Shown here in pieces: positions 9,164-18,361 of a stretch of 64,000 nucleotides of DNA (positions are counted from its first letter, which is position 1; every line of letters starts with the position of its first letter). The translations under genes and the position numbers were made by a program. Origin of the DNA: Candidatus Eiseniibacteriota bacterium (GTDB lineage: Bacteria; Eisenbacteria; RBG-16-71-46; CAIMUX01; VGJL01); assembly GCA_041946735.1 (NCBI GenBank), contig JBHGAY010000003.1, positions 64,001 through 128,000 of the forward strand, written 5' to 3'. The notes beneath the pieces are model-generated. The model was given only the letters and a program-made list of their open reading frames with translations, did no database searches and was not told where the DNA came from.

Positions 9164-10043
9164 CTCTGTTCTCTCCGTCTCCTCCGTCCCCTCTGTTCTC
9201 TCCGTCCACTGCATCCTCTCCATCTCGATTCCCGGCTGCCTTCCTCGCTACGAGCGCCGCGGTCCAGTCTCCCGCTTCTGTCGGTCCCTCACGGTACTCG
9301 ATGATCTGGAGTCCGCCCGCCGCTCCCCACAGCTCGCCCGGGCTGAGCAGGAAGGCCGGTCGCCGCGGCCTCCCTCGCCGCCTCGCCTGCTCCTTCAGGA
9401 AGGTCTCGACGAGAAGCCAGCCACCCGGAGCGAGTCGCTGCCCGTAGAGAGGGAAGCTCGGCCGGTGCAGAAAGCGGCTGACGTGGATCATCCCCCAACT
9501 GCCATCCCAGGACCGCGGGTCGCTTTCCAGGTCGGCCACCTTCAAGCGCACGTGGACCCGATGGCGCTCCGCCAGCCGCTCCGCTTGCTCGATCGCCTCC
9601 GGCAGGACGTCGATCGCCGTCGTCTCCGCGCCCTGCATCGCCAGGTGGACCGCGTCACGCCCGCACCCGCACGCGAGGTCGACCGCGTTTCGGCCTGCCG
9701 CCGCCATCCCCCAGACAGCCGCGAGCCGGGACGGCTCCCACGAGGTCGCCGTCTCCGAACCCGATTCCCGCGGACCCGTCCATTCCTTCACCGGACGGTC
9801 GAACCCCCACGCCCGATAGCCGGCCTCGCGAAGACGCTCCACGACGGCGTCGCTCTCTCGAACCGAGTCGCTGGCGACGAGCAGCGGCCGGCGTCGCGGA
9901 GGCCGCAGGAAGGCGATGTCCAGCTCGGCGGCCGACAGCCGGCACGCCCCAGGAAGATGCCACGCGCGAAACGCGTCCGCGGGCCGCAGGTCGATCGTAC
10001 GGAGGGCATTGTGGGGAAGCGGGTGCCGCAAGCCGAAAACCAT
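9135..10043 (-). CDS. Rhodanese-like domain fused to a TehB-like SAM methyltransferase
   Basis: IDLRPADAFRAWHLPGA (rhodanese N-terminus); AVDLACGCGRDAVHLA, RFLHRP, LAPGGWLLVETF and PAFLLSPGEL (TehB-like). Start uncertain. Confidence 0.75.
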   Translation of the reverse strand: MVFGLRHPLPHNALRTIDLRPADAFRAWHLPGACRLSAAELDIAFLRPPRRRPLLVASDSVRESDAVVERLREAGYRAWGFDRPVKEWTGPRESGSETATSWEPSRLAAVWGMAAAGRNAVDLACGCGRDAVHLAMQGAETTAIDVLPEAIEQAERLAERHRVHVRLKVADLESDPRSWDGSWGMIHVSRFLHRPSFPLYGQRLAPGGWLLVETFLKEQARRRGRPRRPAFLLSPGELWGAAGGLQIIEYREGPTEAGDWTAALVARKAAGNRDGEDAVDGENRGDGGDGENRDGDGERRTG

Positions 10044-10322
10044 ACCGGTGGGAACCGGTCCGACACTCGCCTGTTCTGCGAGCGATCGTAGCGAAACGCG
10101 TCCGCCTTGAGTGAACGGCAGCTGCGGAGGCTCAGGATGGATCGGGGTGTCGAGTCGTTCGACGAAGCGAGCGACCGAGCGAGCATCGAGAGAGTTCCCG
10201 CCGCCCGGGCCGGTTTCCGGCGTTCGGGCGGCCGTGATATTCTGGCCCCGGGGTTGGAGCATGGTGCGGCTTCTCGCCTCCCGGCCGTGATCGATGGACG
10301 GATCGCCGAGGCGCGGAGGAAC

Positions 10323-11606
10323 ATGGCAGCGACCGTACCGGAGTACAGAGCCCATCCGCTCCTGGATCCGGCGCTCTCCGAATCGGATCCGACCGCCTTT
10401 CGGATGCTCTACAAGGATTACCTGGGCATCCTGCAAGGCTCGGAACGCTACAACGATCTCCTGAACAAGATGCTCCATCCTCCCGGAGAGGAACACCGTC
10501 TCGAGTCCAATCTCGAGACCGGCCGATATTACCTGACCGAAGCGATGCAGTACATCAAGGACCTCCTCGGACTTCTTCCGGAGGAGGCGCGACAGCTCGT
10601 CGAGCCGGTCCCCGAGGTGTGGAACTGCACCGACGTCCTCGAGCTGCTCTCGATGATCTTCGCGAACACCGACCGGCGCACGCGATTCGAGGCGCAGCGC
10701 AAGCTGTACCTCACGAAGCTCTTCTTCGACGTCGACCACTGCCGCGAGGTCCAGAACGGCGTCGCGCACAAGCGCTTCTTCGAGTCGCTGCTCGAGCGCC
10801 ATCTCTTCAACGGCGTCGTGCACCAGCGAAAGCTCGAGGTCTGCTTCGGGATCGGCCAGGACGGCGTGTCGATCGACTATTGGATCGGAAAGGGAGGCGG
10901 AGCGGGCCCCGGAGAGGAGTGCTGGACCTTCGATCTTCAAGAGATCCAGATGCTCCACCAGGGCTGGCCGATCCGCCTGCACGTCTATTTCTACTCGTGC
11001 CGTTTCAAGAAGGAGATCATTCCGTTCCAGTACCAGCGCGGAGGGACGCACTACTCGATCCTCCCGACGGAGATCTGGAGCGGCCTCTCCCACCGCCGCA
11101 ACGGATCGATCGTCAGCAAGATGATCCGCAAGGGGGTGAACGATCCCCGACAGATCCAGGACTTGATCGGAGCGATGTTCATCGTCCAGAACCTCGTCGA
11201 GGTCGAACACCTCAAGGAGATCCTCGTCAACCTCTTCGGCGGTCCGTTCAGAATGAAGAACATCGTCGACACACTGAGCGACAAGGGGCAGAAGGTCCTG
11301 CTCAATCCGTACGCCGGATTCGGGTACGAGGTGTTCAAGTGCGAGCTGGACGTCCTCTACCGTCCGCCGCATGCCCCCGATTCACTCCCTTACTTCTTCC
11401 CGGTCGAGCTGCAGATCTATACGCTCGAAACCTACCTGCGGACGATCCATACCGAGCATTACGCGAGCCATCAAGCCTTGAAGAAGCGCCAGTTCCTGAT
11501 CGGCCTCGTGCCCTATCTGTTCCCCGTCTCCGTCTATGGAGAGCTGCCGGTGCGGCTGTGCATGGAGGAAGGGACGCGGGTCGGCTCCAACGGCGGGGGC
11601 CGCTGA
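10323..11606 (+). CDS. RelA/SpoT-like nucleotidyltransferase-fold protein (resembles TIGR04552/TIGR04562 families)
   Basis: GGAGGA RBS before the ATG; motifs SIVSKMIRKG, QDLIGAMFIV, NPYAGFGY, VELQI and ASHQALKKRQ. Confidence 0.6.
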   Translation: MAATVPEYRAHPLLDPALSESDPTAFRMLYKDYLGILQGSERYNDLLNKMLHPPGEEHRLESNLETGRYYLTEAMQYIKDLLGLLPEEARQLVEPVPEVWNCTDVLELLSMIFANTDRRTRFEAQRKLYLTKLFFDVDHCREVQNGVAHKRFFESLLERHLFNGVVHQRKLEVCFGIGQDGVSIDYWIGKGGGAGPGEECWTFDLQEIQMLHQGWPIRLHVYFYSCRFKKEIIPFQYQRGGTHYSILPTEIWSGLSHRRNGSIVSKMIRKGVNDPRQIQDLIGAMFIVQNLVEVEHLKEILVNLFGGPFRMKNIVDTLSDKGQKVLLNPYAGFGYEVFKCELDVLYRPPHAPDSLPYFFPVELQIYTLETYLRTIHTEHYASHQALKKRQFLIGLVPYLFPVSVYGELPVRLCMEEGTRVGSNGGGR

Positions 11607-11629
11607 AAGTCTCCAGGCTGGCAGGTCTT

Positions 11630-12440
11630 CATGCCGGAAAGTCTCTCCAGGATCGGTCGCAGAGCGGTATCCCCGAATCCTGCGTGATCGATTGCCAGGG
11701 GAGCGAAAGGGAACCGCACCGAGCTTCTCGATCGTGTCGTCCGAGACGCGGGCGGCGCAACTGATCGGGGTGCAGATCCGGGGCGGACATGCGAGCGAGG
11801 GCGGGGCGATCCGGATCGCGCAGGGCGCGGCCCCGCCTCGCAGGACCGCGGAGGCGCCATCGCATGAGACGAGACGGTCGTCGAGGAATGCGCGTTCCTA
11901 CGGAATGTCTCCGGGACGGGAGGAGCGATCCTCTGTGATGGCAATACGCGCCTGCTTCGCTGCATCTTCTACGAGAATTCGGCCGGATACGGGGGCGCGG
12001 CCGCCTCGAGAAGCTACCCGCGGATCGAATCCTGCACGTTCGCTAGGAATGCGGCGCCGCTCGGCTCCAGCCTCTACCTTGCCGATGTGGGTCTCGCGAC
12101 CGTCACCCATTCGATTCTCGCCTTCTCGACCGAAGGGAGCGCGATCGCGTTCGAGAGCGACCGCGCCAGCGCGAACCTCGACTGCTCCGACATCTTCGGG
12201 AACGCCGGAGGCGACTGGGTCGGGCCTTTGGCCGACCAGGTCGGTGCCAGCGGCAACATCGCGGAGGATCCGCTCTTCTGCGATGTCCTGGTACCGGACC
12301 TGCACCTGCGGAGCGACTCGCCTTGCGCGCCCGATGCCAACCCGGATTGCGGAGGAATCGGCGCTCTACCGGTCGCCTGCGAGCCGCCGACGGCGCTGCA
12401 ACGAGTGACCTGGGGCAAACTCCGCGCTCTTTCACGCTGA
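11630..12440 (+). pseudogene. Degraded right-handed beta-helix secreted protein with TWGK C-terminal motif
   Basis: Family-like pieces lie in three frames (SQSGIPESCVIDCQGS..PHR; LIGVQIRGG..EGGAI; GGAIA*...ECAFLRN...DPLFC...DSPCAP...TWGKLRALSR). In-frame TGA at 11865; no start or signal peptide. Confidence 0.72.
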
Positions 12441-12562
12441 TCCGCTTGGATCGACGGCCCGCGCCCTGCTCCGCCGCTACGACTCACCAGGCGAGTCGGG
12501 GCGGCGCGGCACGAAATGGCTGCCCGTCAGGAGGCGGCTCGCGGACGAGGCGGGGGAGGCCC

Positions 12563-14272
12563 TCAGCCCTCCGCCTCGCGCCGCTCGACGAGCAGCAGCG
12601 TGATGTCGTCGTTGGCGGGGGAGTCGGCGAGAAACGCGCGGACGTCGGCAAGGAGCGACTCGCCAACGCCGTCGATCTCGGCTTCTCTCTCGCGTGCGCG
12701 CTTCAGCTGCTCCTCCACCCGTTCGTCGCCGTAGAACTCCTCGCGCGCGTACGCCTCCGGGATGCCGTCCGACATGATCGAGAGGAGCGCCCCCGGCGGG
12801 ATCTCCGTGGAGACCTGCTCGAAGGTCGAGTCGGCGAGCAGGCCGAGTGGCGGACCGGTCGTGTCGAGAGTGCACGTCGAACCGTCCTGTAGCAGGAGAA
12901 GGGGAGGGACGTGTCCGGCGTTGACGTAAGTGAGCCGGTGCGAGCGGGGATCCAGCCTGCCGAAGAAGAGCGTCACGAAGGAATGTTCCGCCGAGGACGC
13001 GAGAAGCTGCCGGTGAAGCCTTGCGATCACCTGCTCGGGCGGCAGCGACTCCTCCGCGAGCAGACGAAGAGCGGCCATCACGTGCGCCATCAGAATCGCG
13101 GCCCCGACCCCTTTGCCGCTGACATCCCCGAGCGCGATGCCTAGCGATCCATCCTCGAATAGGAAGGCGTCGTAGAGGTCGCCGCCGACCTCGTAGCAGG
13201 GGTGCAGCGTCGCGTGCAGAGCGTAGCCGGGCAGGACGGGGAGCGCCGAGGGGAGCAGCTCGCGCTGGATCAGCGCCGCCGCCTGCATCTGCTGCTCCAT
13301 GCGCTGCTTCTCGCGCTCCGCCTCCAGCAGCCGGGCATGCGTGATCTTCATCGCCGTCAGGTTCGCCAGGAGGGTGAAGGAGCGAAGCTGGTCCTGGTCG
13401 TAGCGGAAGAGCGGGTCACTCGCGTCGGCGTACAGCAGGCCCAGAACCCGCTCGTTGTCGAAGAGGGGAGCGACGAGCGCCGATCGCACCGCCTGGAGGA
13501 CGATGCTCTCCTTCCCGGCGAAGCGAGGATCCTGCTGGGCGTCGGAGAGGAGGAACGACCGGCGGTCCTCGAGGACGGAGCGGACGAGGGTGCTGCTGAG
13601 CAACAGGCCTTCCGCCGTGGTCCCGGCGGGCCGCACGGCGCGAACGATCGGCTCCTTCCCCTCCTGCTCGGAGAGGAGCAGGAGGATCCGCCTCGCCGGG
13701 ATCGCCCGCTCGGCAACGTCGAGGACCGAATCGAACACCTGGTCGATCGGAAGCGGCCGCATGAGAAGATCGCCCGCGTCGATGATAGCGCGCAGCAGGC
13801 GGTCGGTGGCGCGCGCGTGCGCCTCCGGCTCCATCCTGCCGGCGCCCGCCTCCTCCTTGCCGCGGAACTCCTCCCATCGCATTGCGGCCGGGGACACGTA
13901 GGTGAGGAACGACTCGGCGGGCCGAGCGATCATCGGGCCGCCGCCGTCGCTGCGCGCCGCGCGGTCAGCGCCCTCCTCCCCCCGGTCCAACTCGAGACGC
14001 AGCTCCACCGCGCCGATGCGGATCCGGTCGCCCGGGCGTAACTGGACGCCCCCCTCGATCTTTCGGTCGTTCACCCAGGTGCCGTTGCGACTCCCCAGGT
14101 CGCGGATGACGATCTCGTCGCCTTGCACCTGCAGTTCCGCGTGCCGCGCGGACACCCGGGGATCCGCGAGGCGAACGTCGCTTTCCGCGGCGCGCCCCAC
14201 GTGGTGCATTCCGTCCTCGCCTGGGAGGCACGCCACCTCCTCGCCCTGCCGGCCCCGCAAGATCCAGCGCAT
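12563..14272 (-). CDS. FHA-GAF-PP2C (SpoIIE/RsbU-type) protein phosphatase
   Basis: FHA motifs GR, VSARHA, DLGSRNGTWVN; central GAF; PP2C motifs VGGDLYD, GDVSGKG, NAGH, SDGIPE and DDITL. Confidence 0.92.
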   Translation of the reverse strand: MRWILRGRQGEEVACLPGEDGMHHVGRAAESDVRLADPRVSARHAELQVQGDEIVIRDLGSRNGTWVNDRKIEGGVQLRPGDRIRIGAVELRLELDRGEEGADRAARSDGGGPMIARPAESFLTYVSPAAMRWEEFRGKEEAGAGRMEPEAHARATDRLLRAIIDAGDLLMRPLPIDQVFDSVLDVAERAIPARRILLLLSEQEGKEPIVRAVRPAGTTAEGLLLSSTLVRSVLEDRRSFLLSDAQQDPRFAGKESIVLQAVRSALVAPLFDNERVLGLLYADASDPLFRYDQDQLRSFTLLANLTAMKITHARLLEAEREKQRMEQQMQAAALIQRELLPSALPVLPGYALHATLHPCYEVGGDLYDAFLFEDGSLGIALGDVSGKGVGAAILMAHVMAALRLLAEESLPPEQVIARLHRQLLASSAEHSFVTLFFGRLDPRSHRLTYVNAGHVPPLLLLQDGSTCTLDTTGPPLGLLADSTFEQVSTEIPPGALLSIMSDGIPEAYAREEFYGDERVEEQLKRAREREAEIDGVGESLLADVRAFLADSPANDDITLLLVERREAEG

Positions 14273-14473
14273 CGGTCCTCCTCCGTCGAAGGTTCGTGGG
14301 GGGGATGGTACGCCACTCGATCGGCTTGTGGGCGGGTCTCCGGTGAACCCGTCCCGGCGCCTTTGCAGGCATTTCCCGAACCGGACGGCCGCGACCACGC
14401 AGGCGCTTCCCGCCCAGGAAAAGCGAGCGTCGCGTGCCTATTTGCAGTGACGCGGGCGCGAGGCGACTCGCGA

Positions 14474-16588
14474 CTACGACTCGGAATCGCGCGGGCCCGA
14501 GTCACGCGGTGGGCTCGAGTCATGCTCCGCGCTCGAATCGCGCCCGCCTGCCGGACGTCCGCCGCCCGCACGATCCCCGGCACCGCCCGCACGATCCTCC
14601 GGCGCGCGCTCCCGCGGCTCAGCCGCGGCGGCCGGCGGGAACTCGATCGCCCCCGCTTCGGCAAGCGTGCCGTGCTTGTGGATCGCGTGCTCGACCGGAG
14701 TCTTCCCGTCGAGGAAGGCGAGGTTCAGCGGTTGCACCTCGGGGTGGAAGATCACGTAGAAAAAGTGCCAGACGAGAATTGCGAGGAAGGCGAGCCACGC
14801 TTCGTAGTAATGGACGACTTCCGAGACCTCGAAGATCCAGCCCGGCAGATAGCGCGTGAAGAAGGTCGGGAACCAGAGGACGAAGCCGGTAAACACCATC
14901 ACGGCCGTCCCCCAGATGAGCGCGAGATACTCCGCCTTCTCCGTGTAGTCGTATCGAGCGAAGAGCGGCCGCTCCTTCGTCTTGTGCAGGTGGAAGGCCA
15001 GGTTCTGCTTGAAGTCGCGCACGTCCCGGAGCTTCGGGAGGATGGCGACAACCTCCTGCCGCCCGCGCCTGGTAAACAGGAAGAAGCCGACCTGCGCCAG
15101 CGCCGAGGCGATCATGACGACCGCCGCTCCCCGGTGGACGATCCCGCGCACCGCCTCGGACATTCCGAGCTTCTCTGTGATGCGCACCCATCCCGAGTCG
15201 GCGAACTTCAGCGCGAACCCGGTGAAGACGAGGATGAAGAAGGACGCCAGCAGCAGGAAGTGCTGCACCGTCTCGAAGGGGGTGAAGCGGCGAACCATCG
15301 CCTGCCGCTTCTCGCGCCTCCGCTTCTCGACGACGTAGTAGATCCAGACGATCGCGTTGTGCGCGAGCATTCCTCCGATCACGACGATCAGGAGGATGAT
15401 GTAGATCTCGCGCGCGATCTGCCGCGGAGTCTTCGGCCCCGGCAGGCCCTGCCCTGAGATCGTCGGGTGGACATTGATCGACGCGAAGCGTTCCGTCGCG
15501 TCGGGATGGCAGGTGCCGCAAGTCTGCTGCAGGTTGGCCGGATTGACCGTCGAGCGCGGGTCGGAACTGGCGAAGATGTTGTGGATGCCGTGGCAGGAGG
15601 CGCAGTTCGCGACGTCGAGCGCCCCCTTGCGCGTCGCGAGCCCGTGATAGGTCTGCTGATAGGAGGCGATCCTCGTCGCATCGAATCCGTAACGCTGCCC
15701 GAGGATCTGCGAAGCGTGGCAACGCGTGCAGGTCGTGCGCGCGATGTTCGCCGGGAACACGGTCGATCGCGGATCGGTCGGCGGCAGGATCTCGTGCTCT
15801 CCATGGCAGTCGATGCAGACGGGGGAGTCGCTGACGCCGCTCATCGCCGCCTGCCCGTGGATCGACTCGAGATAGACCGACGCGATCTCTCCGTGGCAGT
15901 TGCCGCAGAGGCTTGGAATGTTCGTCCGGGCCACCGTGCTCGCGGGATTCGTGGGACGCAACATCTCGTGAGCGGGATGGCAGAAGCTGCAGGTCGGCGC
16001 CGCCGGATTGTTGTCGATGAGAAGCGCCCGGCCGTGAACGCTTCGCTGGTACGCCTCGACCGGCGCTTCGATCCGGATGTCGTACTTCTTCACCAGCTCG
16101 GGGTTCGCGTGGCAGCGCGCGCAGGTCCGGACGACCCGCATCGGATGCACCCAGGACGAGTCGTTGCCGGCCGGGAGGATGCCGTGGCTGCCGTGGCAAT
16201 CGGCGCAGCGCGGCGCGTCCGGGTTTCCCTGGGCGACCGCCTCACCGTGGATGCTCCCCGCGAACGTCGCCTGGACGTCCCCGTGGCACATGCCGCAGTC
16301 CACCGGCGCGAGGTCGTCCGCATGGGGAATCTCGGTCGCGTCGGCATGGCAGTCCGTGCAGCCGAATCCGGCGTGGACCGAGTTGGCGAGCTGCTGCTCG
16401 TCGACGCCGAGACTCACCTCCCGGCCGTCCGGCAACGTCTTCGTCAGGCTCGGATCGGAATGGCAGGCCAGACACTCCTCGTTCGTGACGCCCCACGCCA
16501 CTCCCGCCACGAGGAAGGAGACGGCGATGAGCAAGCCGGCGAGCCGGAGTGCGGCGCTTCGATGCGGAGAGATGCGGGACCGCGACAA
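14474..16588 (-). CDS. 11-heme cytochrome c fused to a cytochrome b membrane domain (CbcL-like)
   Basis: Signal peptide and 11 CxxCH motifs, then TM helices with His ligands (VQHF, IVHRG, VHYYEA, VWHFF) and RYDYTEKAEY as in FdnI/HydC-type cytochrome b. Confidence 0.88.
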   Translation of the reverse strand: MSRSRISPHRSAALRLAGLLIAVSFLVAGVAWGVTNEECLACHSDPSLTKTLPDGREVSLGVDEQQLANSVHAGFGCTDCHADATEIPHADDLAPVDCGMCHGDVQATFAGSIHGEAVAQGNPDAPRCADCHGSHGILPAGNDSSWVHPMRVVRTCARCHANPELVKKYDIRIEAPVEAYQRSVHGRALLIDNNPAAPTCSFCHPAHEMLRPTNPASTVARTNIPSLCGNCHGEIASVYLESIHGQAAMSGVSDSPVCIDCHGEHEILPPTDPRSTVFPANIARTTCTRCHASQILGQRYGFDATRIASYQQTYHGLATRKGALDVANCASCHGIHNIFASSDPRSTVNPANLQQTCGTCHPDATERFASINVHPTISGQGLPGPKTPRQIAREIYIILLIVVIGGMLAHNAIVWIYYVVEKRRREKRQAMVRRFTPFETVQHFLLLASFFILVFTGFALKFADSGWVRITEKLGMSEAVRGIVHRGAAVVMIASALAQVGFFLFTRRGRQEVVAILPKLRDVRDFKQNLAFHLHKTKERPLFARYDYTEKAEYLALIWGTAVMVFTGFVLWFPTFFTRYLPGWIFEVSEVVHYYEAWLAFLAILVWHFFYVIFHPEVQPLNLAFLDGKTPVEHAIHKHGTLAEAGAIEFPPAAAAEPRERAPEDRAGGAGDRAGGGRPAGGRDSSAEHDSSPPRDSGPRDSES

Positions 16589-16643
16589 CGCTTCGTTCCT
16601 CTCGTTGAAAAATGGTTTCGGTCGCCTGACCGCCCCTGGTCCC

Positions 16644-18071
16644 TTACGGGAAGAGGGTCTTCAGGACTTCGGGATTCTCCTCCTCCATCGCCAGGAGGCT
16701 GTGACAGGTCGAGCAGTCCTGGGAGATCGTAGCGCCGTCCTTCGAGACGTGCTCCTCGTCGTGACAGCGAAAGCAGCCGACGAAATCGGTATGGCCGATA
16801 TGGTCGGGATAGGTTCCCCACTCGACCTTCATCTCAGGGAAGACGTACGTCGACCAGATGCCGGCGGCGGCGGCCGCGGCGGTTTCGATCTTCTTTGCGT
16901 CGGCTTCGAAGAGAGCCGGGTAGTTCGTCCGGTAGAAGTCGACGAGACGGGAGCGGATGGAGTTCACGGCCGTCTCGCGGTCGGGGTAGCTCTCGCCGAT
17001 CGCCGCCAGCGCCTCGCGCTTCAGGTAGGGGAGGTCGTTCGGGAGGCTCCCGTCGTCCATCGCGAGGTCGAGGGCGCGCGCCGGCAGCCGGTAGATGTGC
17101 GTGGGACGGTTGTGGCAGTCGATGCAGTCCATCAGTCGGACCGGCCTCGCCGCGATCGAGTCGGGGACCTCTCCCTGCACGTACTCGGCCGACGTGCCGT
17201 CGCGCCGCTCCACCTTCACCCAGGGGATCTTCTCCCGCGACTCGTCGGAGCGGTAGTAGACGCGGTTGTAGATGTGCGAGTGGATGCCGCGGCCGACTCC
17301 CTCCTCGGGCGTCCCGCCGCCGATCTTCAGCAGCAGGACGGTCTTCAGCGGCGTGTTCGTCGAGTCCTCCTGGTAGTGCGTGATCACCTGGACCTTGTCG
17401 CCGTGGAACTTCTCCGGCCAGTGGCATTGCTCGCACGTGTCCCGCGAGGGGCGGAGGTTCTCGATCGGCGTTTCGATCGGCGTCGGCCACGTCCCGAACG
17501 CCTGCTTGAACACCTGGCGCGTCCCGGAGAGCTTGCTCCTCACGAACCAGGACGCCCCGCGCCCGATGTGGCAGTCGACGCAACGCACCCGGGAATGCGG
17601 CGAGATCTGGTAGACGGTGTACTCCGGCCGCATGACCGGATGGCAGGTCGCGCCACAGAAGGAGACCGAGTCCATGTACTCGATCCCCTTGTAGGAGGCG
17701 ATCGCGAGGATCGTCAGGTTCAGGGCCGTGAGCATTCCGATCAGCAGCAGGCGGTTGCGCACGTCCGGACGGTTCAGGTCGTAGACCGGGAAGGCTTCCA
17801 ACGCCTCGGGATGGCGGGCGGCCCGGCGCCGGTCCAGCCACGAGCCGAAAGGGATCATCAGCAGACCGAGGATGAAGAGCGCCGGCAGGATGAGGAAGGT
17901 CACCATCCCGAGATAGGGATTCGCCTGGAAACCGAGCGCCGAGGAGACGAGGAGCACCAGCAGCAGCACACCGGAGAGGGTGGTCAGGTTGACGCCGATG
18001 AAGCCGAGAGGGTGCTTGGTCGTTCTCAGGAAGAAGTCACGGACGGCACGAAACAAAGAAGACATCGACAT
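16644..18071 (-). CDS. NapC/NirT-family membrane multiheme cytochrome (ImcH-like)
   Basis: Three N-terminal TM helices with NPYLG; FCGATCH..M.PEY, SPHSRVRCVDCHIG and CEQCHWP; six heme motifs (one CX3CH, five CxxCH). Confidence 0.85.
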   Translation of the reverse strand: MSMSSLFRAVRDFFLRTTKHPLGFIGVNLTTLSGVLLLVLLVSSALGFQANPYLGMVTFLILPALFILGLLMIPFGSWLDRRRAARHPEALEAFPVYDLNRPDVRNRLLLIGMLTALNLTILAIASYKGIEYMDSVSFCGATCHPVMRPEYTVYQISPHSRVRCVDCHIGRGASWFVRSKLSGTRQVFKQAFGTWPTPIETPIENLRPSRDTCEQCHWPEKFHGDKVQVITHYQEDSTNTPLKTVLLLKIGGGTPEEGVGRGIHSHIYNRVYYRSDESREKIPWVKVERRDGTSAEYVQGEVPDSIAARPVRLMDCIDCHNRPTHIYRLPARALDLAMDDGSLPNDLPYLKREALAAIGESYPDRETAVNSIRSRLVDFYRTNYPALFEADAKKIETAAAAAAGIWSTYVFPEMKVEWGTYPDHIGHTDFVGCFRCHDEEHVSKDGATISQDCSTCHSLLAMEEENPEVLKTLFP

Positions 18072-18361
18072 CTCTCCTGCGGATCGGATTCCGCGGCCGG
18101 TCCTCGATCCCCCTTCGCCATTCCGATCTCGCCTCGAGGCATGCCGCCGTCCGATCGGACGAGGCCGCCTCGAGGCGCGCCGGTCGCTTCGCTGTCGTAT
18201 CCGCTGGATCGGTCGCCCGATCGCTGATCACTCGGTCACTTGCGATCGGTCCACCGGAGCGGATCGATCGCCGCCGGCCGTCCCGCCGGCCGTGTGGCCG
18301 GCCGTCTTGCCGGCCTTCTCGCCAGCCGACTCACGGCCGATTCCGCCCTTGTCAGGCCCTC

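Noticed and set aside
10044..11372. 745-aa ORF 9135-11372 read as a single protein
   Set aside because: Its N-terminal 440 aa are mostly the antisense shadow of the 10323-11606 gene; only the rhodanese-methyltransferase part is credible.
11865..11867. In-frame TGA at a Cys-equivalent position, suggesting selenocysteine
   Set aside because: The same gene has frameshifts and no start, and no convincing SECIS hairpin was seen, so a nonsense mutation is the simpler explanation.
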